Below are positions 50,240-57,694 of a DNA stretch of 57,694 nucleotides, one piece after another. The notes under the pieces are model-generated. The model did not search any database and was not told the DNA's origin. It was given only the letters and a program-made list of their open reading frames with translations. Position 1 is the first letter of the stretch. Every line of letters starts with the position of its first letter. The stretch is from a virus: the UHGV virus genome UHGV-0135630; one strand, 5' to 3'. Position numbers and translations under genes: made by a program.

Positions 50240-51000
50240 TAGTTGTTTATACAAACAAGAAAACAACTGAATAACAGATCAACGAAACGTCAACGCTTTC
50301 ACCCGATTTGGTCTAAAAAATTGACGTTTTCACACATCACTGCTTATACCCGTAATTCTACGCAGCAGACAGCGCCACAGCGTCCAATTTTCACCACAGA
50401 CGACCCAACACACTACCAACAAAAACACACGCTCAAAATCGTTCCCGTTGCGTTACATAACCATATAAACAACTTATTTTCAGGCATAACAAAACAACTA
50501 AATAACACATATTCCATTACCAAAAACAACCAACCTCTTTATGGCAGGCTACCGAAAAGACCCACCTCTTCTTCCCAGGCTACCGGACAACCAACCTAAC
50601 TTTCACAGGCAATCCGAAAACATTCATACGCGCGATACCCACGACACGCCATTACCCAAACAGCGAAGAAACACCAGAATCACTGAAACCCCAACGAAGC
50701 CTGTAACCGCAAGGTTTCTCTCAATCCCAAAAGACACGAAACATAACAATCACGGGAAACGCCATTACCCAATACACGAATAACTACAAAAGCCTTTCAC
50801 ACACTCCAGACAAACAACTCAAACACAATAACGAAAGGAATCGCCCACCTGCCATTACTCCATACACGGAGAAGAACAATCACCAAAACGACGAGAACAC
50901 CCCATAGAAGAACCACCGCAAAACGAACGAAACCACATACACCGACAGAGAGAACAACACACCCAATTCACCAACAGAAATAGTCGCCGCATAGAACGTT
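50240..51000. repeat. A+C-rich, G-poor noncoding region with dispersed GCCATTACCCAA-like and CAGGCTACCG-like repeats
   Basis: Strong strand compositional skew over about 760 bp; ORFs here look spurious. Confidence 0.5.
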
Positions 51001-51189
51001 CTGGTAGGAGTGAGCATTAACGCCTATAGAGAGGTTGAAACAGACAAAACACGAAGAAAACACAACATGTATAGCGAACAAGACAGGTATGTATAAGTGG
51101 GGAGGGAAGGAGGGGTGCCGCCTCCTTTTTCGTATTTATTCAACTCCTGATTTTATCCCCCGTAACACCCCTACGGTCAGCCTTCGGTC

Positions 51190-51335
51190 CATACAGGGAA
51201 AAGGCTGCATCCCGCTACAGAAACGGCTGGGTTGCCTTCGGGGAACGGCTGGAGGTTTTCAGGGAAACGGTCGAGTTGCCTGTGTGGATTTCGGGAAAAG
51301 GCTCGATGCCGGTTCAGGAACGGCGGCGTACCGGT
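51190..51335. repeat. array of about 6 GGGAAACGGCTG-like repeats at roughly 20-30 bp spacing
   Basis: cagggaaaaggctg, agaaacggctgg, ggaacggctgg, gggaaacggtcg, gggaaaaggctcg, ggaacggcggcg. Confidence 0.5.
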
Positions 51336-51687
51336 ATAGCGAGAGGGAGAGTTGCGGCTACCCACCTGTAATGTGCGGGAAGAAGAGAGGCGCTCACGTG
51401 CAGGCGAACTTACTTACCGCTGGATTCCCTCTGAATGCCCAACTACAGCGTAATTGTGCCAGACAGTCAGCGGGTCACAATCGATTTCAGTAGGTTTTCG
51501 GGGAGAGGATTATTCTGCCCACCAGCCATCTTCGGCCACTAAATCAGAATAATGTAAAAAGTGTACTCGATACTGAACCTGAAAACTCACTGCCAAAACA
51601 ACATTCACCGGAATAAAATCCTTTTTAGCCTGTGCGTTATTGCGATAATAACACCAACGAGAAAACAAGTTGTTTAAGGATTGCTTT

Positions 51688-52017
51688 ATGTTTGCAAATA
51701 TCGACATCAACCAAATCAAGAAATTAACTCAAAAAGAGTTTGATCAGTTTTATGAGTTAGAAGGTTGGTCTTCCACTCTGATCAATTCGCGGTGGGTGCT
51801 TGAGCTGATGACTCGTGATGACGCACCTGCTTTGATGATTTGCGACATGGGTGAAGATGCTGACTTTATGGATATGAGCGAATTTTGTGTGGACACATAC
51901 AACCGCAGCCAGAAGTACTACTTCACATGCGATAGCGAAAATGACGTGATTTCTAAGGTCTATCTTCACCTCGTCCAGCATTGGGACGTTCAGGAGTTTC
52001 TTGAAGTATTCGAGTAA
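51688..52017 (+). CDS. hypothetical protein
   Basis: 109 aa from ATG after AAGGA; motif A upstream. Confidence 0.45.
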   Translation: MFANIDINQIKKLTQKEFDQFYELEGWSSTLINSRWVLELMTRDDAPALMICDMGEDADFMDMSEFCVDTYNRSQKYYFTCDSENDVISKVYLHLVQHWDVQEFLEVFE

Positions 52018-52170
52018 CCCCAACCAAAGCCAGCATTGCTGGCTTAATTTCTCTATAGCCGCAGGGAAGAACCTGCATATCGCTCATGCACCTGATCAAT
52101 ATGCTTTGTAGCCGTTTTCTTACTGGTATTATTTACGCCATTGAGAAAACAAGTTGTTTACGGAGTTGTG

Positions 52171-52482
52171 ATGAAAAAATCATTGGTTCTTGGTCTGGAC
52201 AAAGACCAGAAGAGAAAAGAGAAGCCTGCGCTGGTTGCTCAATTAACTTTGCTGGACATCGTTGCCAATGGAACCTCTATTCGTCTGTTCCGTGAAACAG
52301 CGGTGTCTTTCGATAAAAACACCTTTACTCGTTATGTAATGAATGTTCGTCGCCAGCGTGGAAAAGGCTGGGTGGCATTTCAAAGAATGTGGCCGGAACA
52401 TCAGCTCGAACTGGCTTTGATGGAAGTTAACCGCGTGGCCCAGCAAGAGATTCAGAGAGCATCAGTGATGGCAATAGCCTGA
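52171..52482 (+). CDS. hypothetical protein
   Basis: 103 aa from internal ATG; motif A upstream. Confidence 0.45.
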   Translation: MKKSLVLGLDKDQKRKEKPALVAQLTLLDIVANGTSIRLFRETAVSFDKNTFTRYVMNVRRQRGKGWVAFQRMWPEHQLELALMEVNRVAQQEIQRASVMAIA

Positions 52483-52608
52483 TAATGTGCAAGTGGTAAT
52501 TAGTCGACCGTACGACAGCCCCGCCATCCTTACGGGGCTTTTTTGTATTGTAAGTACATACTTACGATCATAGAATATAAAAATAACCAAAACACTACGG
52601 AGAGTGAA

Positions 52609-53004
52609 ATGACCGTTAAACGCGAAAAACTGACAGTTGATGTTTACTATGCCTCTGAAACCGCCGAAGGTAAGAATGTGGCAAAAATTACCGTTGTTAC
52701 GTACAACACCGAAACTGGTGCCGAAGTCCAGGCCAGTACGATCGTGCGTAAAGGTGATGCCTCCGGCGGCGAGTACGCGACTCAATACCAGTCCATTCTC
52801 GATGCAACTGACCCGCTGCTGCTGAAAATCGAGAACTACTTCCGCCAGGTTGATGAAGAGGTGTTTGAAACCATGATGAATATGGTTAACACCGTATTCG
52901 CCTCCAGCCTGAACACCAGCACCACCTGGATTGGCCAGTACGGTCTGCGCATTACCTCTGGCATTCCTGCCGATACCTTAATCCCTGAAAGCGTATTCGC
53001 TTAA
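52609..53004 (+). CDS. hypothetical protein
   Basis: 131 aa from internal ATG with GGAG RBS. Confidence 0.45.
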   Translation: MTVKREKLTVDVYYASETAEGKNVAKITVVTYNTETGAEVQASTIVRKGDASGGEYATQYQSILDATDPLLLKIENYFRQVDEEVFETMMNMVNTVFASSLNTSTTWIGQYGLRITSGIPADTLIPESVFA

Positions 53005-53121
53005 TCCTCTTTAAATGGCGCGCAAACCGCGCCATTTAATTATGCCCGATAACAATTTGTTTTCTGCCTTATCTGATTTGTGAAAATGATTTCACTGAAG
53101 CAACTTAATAAGGAAACCATC

Positions 53122-53496
53122 ATGGGACTTGATATCTATATCGAGACACAGCCTAAAAACGATCTGAATAACGAGGCATCCAGAAAGCAGGTTGCTTACT
53201 TCCGTAAGTTCAATGCGCTCGTTGGGTGGATGGAGCGCAACGTAGGTGAAGTCGAAAATTGTGAGCTTTTAGAATTAACGATGAATGACATTTGTCTTCT
53301 GAAAGCTCATTTGATGCACATAAACGAAAGCAATTGCGAAGAGTACTTGCCTACTCGGGAAGGTTTTTTCTTCGGCAGTCAGGAGTACGACGAAGGTTAC
53401 TGGCATGACGTGGATAAGCTGAAAAAACTTGTGGAAGACCTGATCAGGAACCACGACTTTCACAATAACAGACTGACCTTCTGCGCCTGGTGGTAA
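53122..53496 (+). CDS. hypothetical protein
   Basis: 124 aa from internal ATG with AAGGAAA RBS. Confidence 0.45.
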   Translation: MGLDIYIETQPKNDLNNEASRKQVAYFRKFNALVGWMERNVGEVENCELLELTMNDICLLKAHLMHINESNCEEYLPTREGFFFGSQEYDEGYWHDVDKLKKLVEDLIRNHDFHNNRLTFCAWW

Positions 53497-53498
53497 AT

Positions 53499-53642
53499 AT
53501 GGGCGATTTCAAGAAACGCCTGAAGGAAAGAGCCGAGATGGTCAGAAAGCAAAACGCCTCTTCTGTCATCAGATACGCAAGGCAGTTTAGTCGCAACAAC
53601 AAATCAGTTGAGGAAAAGATCCTTAGCGTAATCGGTCGATAA
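53499..53642 (+). CDS. hypothetical small basic protein (47 aa, not in ORF track)
   Basis: Hand translation MGDFKKRLKERAEMVRKQNASSVIRYARQF...; followed by hairpin aaggccatcagcattggtggcctt. Confidence 0.25.
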   Translation: MGDFKKRLKERAEMVRKQNASSVIRYARQFSRNNKSVEEKILSVIGR

Positions 53643-53846
53643 TTATTAAGGCCATCAGCATTGGTGGCCTTAAATGACCATCCTGTTTCCCGCAGGCTAA
53701 AAACACCAACCTCTTACCTCCAGGCAACCGACAAACCCACCTGTTCCCGTCCGGCTACCGCAACTTTCCACTTTGACGCCTTATTCGTACAACGATAATT
53801 AACACCAACAAGAAAACAATTTGTTATTTACGATAAGGAATTAATC

Positions 53847-54329
53847 ATGAATTTTATCGCTACTGTAAACGCACCCGCACATGGCAATATCGCTGTAACG
53901 TTCTCTGACATTGAAAAACGAGTACTTGGTGCATGGCGCGACAATGAGACGGTAGAACTGTCAGCACAAGAAAAATGCATTATTGCACGCGACATCATTG
54001 GCAATCGTCGTTACTCGCGGGTATTTGAGAAAGCGTATGTGGTAAATTCTGGATTCGGAACGTTCGTCTTCCCGGTACGCTCCGGGCGATTCTGCCAGTC
54101 CAAGCTGATTGAGTTCGCTACGCAGATTTCTGTCTGGATTAAAACTCAATCGTCGTTCAAATTTTCCGACGATGAAGCAGTATCGCAGGGGATGCGGATC
54201 GCCAACAATGCGATTAAATGCAAAAACATTACGTATACCGCTGGCGTTGATACATGGAAACTGTTTTGCGCTAACTTTATGCTGAATGTATACGCCAGCA
54301 ACCGCATCCACATCCTTGATGGCGTATAA
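53847..54329 (+). CDS. hypothetical protein
   Basis: 160 aa; motif A upstream. Confidence 0.45.
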   Translation: MNFIATVNAPAHGNIAVTFSDIEKRVLGAWRDNETVELSAQEKCIIARDIIGNRRYSRVFEKAYVVNSGFGTFVFPVRSGRFCQSKLIEFATQISVWIKTQSSFKFSDDEAVSQGMRIANNAIKCKNITYTAGVDTWKLFCANFMLNVYASNRIHILDGV

Positions 54330-54369
54330 CTGAGAAGAGGGCCAGAAACGGCCCTTTCTCTATAGCCAC

Positions 54370-54490
54370 CAGCTGCCGCAGGGAAATTTTCAGAAACGGC
54401 GAGGAACGCATTCATGAGCCGACGGGAAACGGCCAGATTTTTTTCGGGAAACGGCTGCATTCGCCTTTATGTAGAAAAAAACATCGGGAA
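54370..54490. repeat. second GGGAAACGG-like repeat array
   Basis: cagggaaatttt, agaaacggcg, gggaaacggcc, gggaaacggctg, gggaagctg; same family as 51190..51335. Confidence 0.45.
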
Positions 54491-54914
54491 GCTGTTGGAA
54501 TCCAACCAGCGGTTGTCGGACAGGTGAGCTGGGAAAATTATGATGACTTTCGTCGCCTGAGACATCCAGATTTCTTTCGTAGCGTAATCACATACGTGAT
54601 TAAGTGGTGTGATTATGTGAAAAATCACGCGCACATAATACGCGAGCGGATACAGAACAAAACAAAATGCCGATCCGCGCCGACAAATAAACGCGGATCA
54701 CATAGCAAGACTAAAAGCCAATGATTAACTATGCGCTATAGCGCAATATAACGCGTTTTAAGCGCGTTAATGCGTTAAGTAATGGGTATGTACTGGCAAG
54801 GATATAAAAGCGCGTCTATGGCGTTATTTTGGCGCTTATTGTTATGTTGTTGGAGTGAGTTAAAGACAATAAAAAACGTGCCAATGATGGCGCGTTATGG
54901 TGGGAGTATTGGAA

Positions 54915-54941
54915 ACGAAAAAAGCGCCCATAGTGGGCGCT
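54915..54941 (-). terminator. rho-independent terminator (AGCGCCCATAGTGGGCGCT hairpin)
   Basis: Perfect 8-bp stem, 3-nt loop, T-run on minus strand; identical hairpin at 55419..55437. Confidence 0.5.
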
Positions 54942-54946
54942 CGATT

Positions 54947-55177
54947 TTATTTGTGTAAACTGATTTTAAATCCCATTTCTACAAACGCTTTTAGCATTAA
55001 AAATATATCAGCGTCGTTCACGTCTGCTTTTTTTCGCTCCTGGCCGCTCAATAAGTCAATTTTGCGCGTCGTTTCATCTATAAGCTCGACTGCGCGCCCA
55101 GCGTAACCAGCGATCCCAGCGATGCGATTAACATAATATTCATTATGGACGTTAACGCCAGCGATAAGAACAAACAT
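54947..55177 (-). CDS. hypothetical protein
   Basis: 76 aa. Confidence 0.4.
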   Translation of the reverse strand: MFVLIAGVNVHNEYYVNRIAGIAGYAGRAVELIDETTRKIDLLSGQERKKADVNDADIFLMLKAFVEMGFKISLHK

Positions 55178-55197
55178 GATTAAGCTCCTTAAAAAAA

Positions 55198-55401
55198 TTA
55201 AACAGAATTTTGAAGTTTTCCGATTAATGCGCTTAAACGTAAGTATTCACGTTTGCGCTTGCAATCTCGCTTGCTGTTAAGCAAATCAGAAAACGTAAAA
55301 TTTAATTGGTCGCGTTGCGCGATCAAATCATCGATTAATTCCAGTTTATAAGCGCGATACTTTGCGCGATATTCCGCGCGGATCTTGTCATAGCTGACCA
55401 T
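55198..55401 (-). CDS. hypothetical protein
   Basis: 67 aa from internal ATG after AAGGAG RBS. Confidence 0.4.
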   Translation of the reverse strand: MVSYDKIRAEYRAKYRAYKLELIDDLIAQRDQLNFTFSDLLNSKRDCKRKREYLRLSALIGKLQNSV

Positions 55402-55449
55402 CTTTAAAGCTCCTTTAAAGCGCCCATAGTGGGCGCTTGATTCCATTAA

Positions 55450-56109
55450 TTACGCTTTAAAAGCATCAGCTAAATAATTGTAGAAATCATTCTTGATAAA
55501 GCGATATTGCTGTGTACCAGCTTTGGCGCTTCCCATTCCTTTGACTTTCTCAACAAGTCCGAGACGTTCGCAAAGATTGATTAGCTGGTTAGCTTGAGTA
55601 TAGCCAGCGTCCAATTTAATTTCGCACGCTTTTTTAGCTTCATTCATTAAATCGAAAACAGCGCCATTGGTGAACGTGTCGATCTCGTCGTTAATCATAT
55701 CGATTAAAGCGAATACACGAGATCCTGACATATCAGCGACGGAATAAACACATTTACCAGCTTTAATGGATTTAACCAGATAAACCAGTTTTTCCAGTGA
55801 ATAACTATTAGTCATTGCATCACGGAAAAATACTTCTGGCGCTTGTTTGCTTGCTTTAATCGCATAGTAGAAAACAGAGCATAATTTTTCGTCTTCTACT
55901 GCGTTTACGACGTTGTTGATGAAGTAAGCAAGTTTAGTGGTCGCAGCTTGCATATTTGCTTTGTCTGCTTTGGTGTGCGTACCATTTTTATAATGTTCGT
56001 TATATGTTTGAGTTGCCAGATCTGCTTTTTCGCGCAGCTCGTCGGATACAATAGATGCAGCTTCAATGATGGACTTTTTAGAAATGATAATGTTAGCCAT
56101 GATGGACAT
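55450..56109 (-). CDS. hypothetical protein
   Basis: 219 aa. Confidence 0.5.
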   Translation of the reverse strand: MSIMANIIISKKSIIEAASIVSDELREKADLATQTYNEHYKNGTHTKADKANMQAATTKLAYFINNVVNAVEDEKLCSVFYYAIKASKQAPEVFFRDAMTNSYSLEKLVYLVKSIKAGKCVYSVADMSGSRVFALIDMINDEIDTFTNGAVFDLMNEAKKACEIKLDAGYTQANQLINLCERLGLVEKVKGMGSAKAGTQQYRFIKNDFYNYLADAFKA

Positions 56110-56360
56110 CCTTACGAAAAATTAAAATGAATTTATTTTTTACTGTCGTTAGCTAGCTCGCTTTCGACGAGTTCAATTATCGATACGTGAAAAAAGATTG
56201 CAAGTATTTTTTTTAAATTTTTTGCAGGGGTGAAAGTCCTAGAAATAAAAGCGAGATCGTCGAAGGTGTTCCCTAAATAAATAATCAATTCGGGCCTTTA
56301 ACCTTATATATTTATACAGAGTGGCGTTGAAAGAGTTTTAAATGAATGGCATGTAAAATA

Positions 56361-56384
56361 ATAACCGGGCTTAGCCGGTTATTA
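56361..56384 (-). terminator. hairpin terminator candidate
   Basis: ataaccgggcttagccggttat. Confidence 0.4.
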
Positions 56385-56395
56385 CCCTTATAGAT

Positions 56396-56920
56396 TTAAA
56401 ATGGAAGGATTCGTTCGACCCAATCGAAGAAAACAAGTATTTTTCTGCCGTCTTCTAACTTAAGAGTGACCTGGCAAGCATCAACGCCTCTTGACACCCC
56501 TTCAATTTCACGACCGTCTGCCATGTAGACCCTTATAGATTGGTCGTTTTGATAAGCCTTGCGACATATCGCAAAAAAGTCACGGCGTGATGGCTGATTG
56601 TCAACATAGTCTGGATGTATTGTTAGCCTACCTTTGAACTCGCGAGCAATGCCATCGATTACACCTGATTCAATTGTGCTAATGCGCTCAAGTGGGAGTC
56701 TTATACGATTTTCTTTATCATATGGAAGCGGGCATAAATCTAGCTTATTGCGGGAAGGCATTGTCCCCTGAACGTACATGCAAAACACCTGACCGTCTTC
56801 AAGCGTGACTCTTACAGGAATGTTGTTCTTCCGCCAGAACATAAGTATGTTTTCAGCATGTTCGTAGTCTCGCGGCCAGACTTCAGCCGGTATGCCGTAG
56901 GTGATGTCCAATGTTCTCAT
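56396..56920 (-). CDS. hypothetical protein
   Basis: 174 aa; start overlaps upstream gene stop by 4 nt. Confidence 0.5.
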   Translation of the reverse strand: MRTLDITYGIPAEVWPRDYEHAENILMFWRKNNIPVRVTLEDGQVFCMYVQGTMPSRNKLDLCPLPYDKENRIRLPLERISTIESGVIDGIAREFKGRLTIHPDYVDNQPSRRDFFAICRKAYQNDQSIRVYMADGREIEGVSRGVDACQVTLKLEDGRKILVFFDWVERILPF

Positions 56921-57516
56921 TCTGATACTCTTAGAAGTGTTTTCAGCAACCCAAATTTAAATTCTTTGTTACCAACGACAAAGAAGGGAACCTCAACATA
57001 GATTTTTTTATCGACGGATTTAGAGTTAGCTGTTTTCTGTATGTCACGAACGATACGTTTTGAGATATTTTCATCGATAAACAATACCTTTCCACTTGTA
57101 TTCCCTTCAGCCTTGGCGTAAGTAACGATAGGCTCTTCATTGCCAACCCTAATGTTTACTTGGCAACCTGTTGTAGCCATTTCATCACAGTAAAGTGTGC
57201 CGTCTTGAACTTCTAAAACAATTCCAGATGGCTTCATGGCTTCGTCAGAGCTTACATTAACGTTTTCTGGTACAGCGGTCCCGTTAATTTGCAACCGTAA
57301 TCTTTCTTTTCCTCCATTAAGTATTGTTTCTTCTGCGTTGTCTGAGAATCTGAACCAAACTGGCTGATTCAGACCTCGTGATTTGTATTCTACTACGTCT
57401 TCGGAGGTAAACATGCTGTACGTTTTTTGCATGTCAGAGACGAAATCTGATAATGCGTTGGCGGAAAACGTCGGGAGGCATATACAAGCAAGGAGTAACG
57501 AAAGTTTCATTTTCAT
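56917..57516 (-). CDS. secreted/periplasmic protein of unknown function
   Basis: N-terminal signal peptide MKMKLSLLLACICLPTFSANA; start set to internal Met. Confidence 0.5.
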   Translation of the reverse strand: MKMKLSLLLACICLPTFSANALSDFVSDMQKTYSMFTSEDVVEYKSRGLNQPVWFRFSDNAEETILNGGKERLRLQINGTAVPENVNVSSDEAMKPSGIVLEVQDGTLYCDEMATTGCQVNIRVGNEEPIVTYAKAEGNTSGKVLFIDENISKRIVRDIQKTANSKSVDKKIYVEVPFFVVGNKEFKFGLLKTLLRVSE

Positions 57517-57531
57517 ATCATGATAATCCAA

Positions 57532-57694
57532 TTATTTAACATCACACTTTCTAAGTTTTTCTATTTGTTCTAATTTTTCATGATCATCATTTAGATTTCC
57601 TTCGACTATCTCCGTTTCAAGTTTGCTGATTAGCATGTTAAGTGCGTTGTAGTTATTGCATTTTACTTTGTAGGCGTAGTATGACCTTGTCCCT
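57532..57694 (-). CDS. hypothetical protein, partial (5-prime end beyond window)
   Basis: Open minus-strand frame from the window edge to a TAA near 57532; C-terminus ...LRKCDVK. Confidence 0.3.
   Translation of the reverse strand, partial: GTRSYYAYKVKCNNYNALNMLISKLETEIVEGNLNDDHEKLEQIEKLRKCDVK

Larger units (their letters stand above)
49260..57694. mobile_element. element-like segment downstream of metG
   Basis: Carries motif A palindromes and the consensus AGGAxxxxATG start context; small hypothetical genes; repeat-rich noncoding DNA. Assignment is inferential. Confidence 0.35.

Noticed and set aside
50243-51493. ORFs 50243..50599, 50541..50783 and 51035..51493 in the AC-rich/repeat region.
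   Set aside because: Translations are low-complexity (Pro/Thr/Gln/Asn-rich), there is no RBS, and they overlap repeat arrays; more likely noncoding.
1-57694. tRNA, rRNA or transposase/IS element.
   Set aside because: No cloverleaf-like T-arm/anticodon architecture, rRNA-like segment, DDE transposase or terminal inverted repeat pair was recognised by eye; a tRNAscan/ISfinder run would be needed to exclude them formally.

Overview
This 57.7 kb window is mostly a phage-plasmid-like element, with a short block of enterobacterial chromosome-like genes embedded at about 45.9-49.2 kb. All calls are from reading the sequence and ORF translations by eye; no database search was run, and coordinates of motifs counted by hand may be off by 1-2 nt. 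Element hallmarks: a P1/RepFIB-type RepA gene (18683..19777, minus) flanked by 15-bp iteron arrays and a GATC-rich origin with a DnaA-box-like site; and a T4-like DNA metabolism set (DnaE-like Pol III alpha, gp32-like SSB, flap endonuclease, RecA-family recombinase, SbcCD, RuvC-like resolvase, NrdAB, MazG-like, ThyA, DHFR, DnaQ-like exonuclease, Dam-type methyltransferase, RNase H) plus a CobT/CobS-like vWA + AAA+ pair. This gene content matches what I recall of SSU5/pHCM2-type phage-plasmids, but that is inference. A LexA-box-controlled orphan umuD-like gene precedes apbC(mrp) and metG, which have higher GC and near-identical proteins to E. coli. Downstream (49.3-57.7 kb) are small hypothetical genes and a repeat-rich 1.4 kb noncoding region. 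Two motif families recur on both sides of the host block: an AGAAAACAA-N-TTGTTTA palindrome followed by AGGAAAAACACATG upstream of many genes, and a GGTAAGT-N-ACTTACC palindrome in intergenic spacers. No rRNA, tRNA, CRISPR array or transposase was recognised. I found no recognisable defence system; the candidates worth testing are the vWA/AAA+ pair, the TerB + AT-rich ORFs + composite methyltransferase block, the SPFH module and the repeat arrays.
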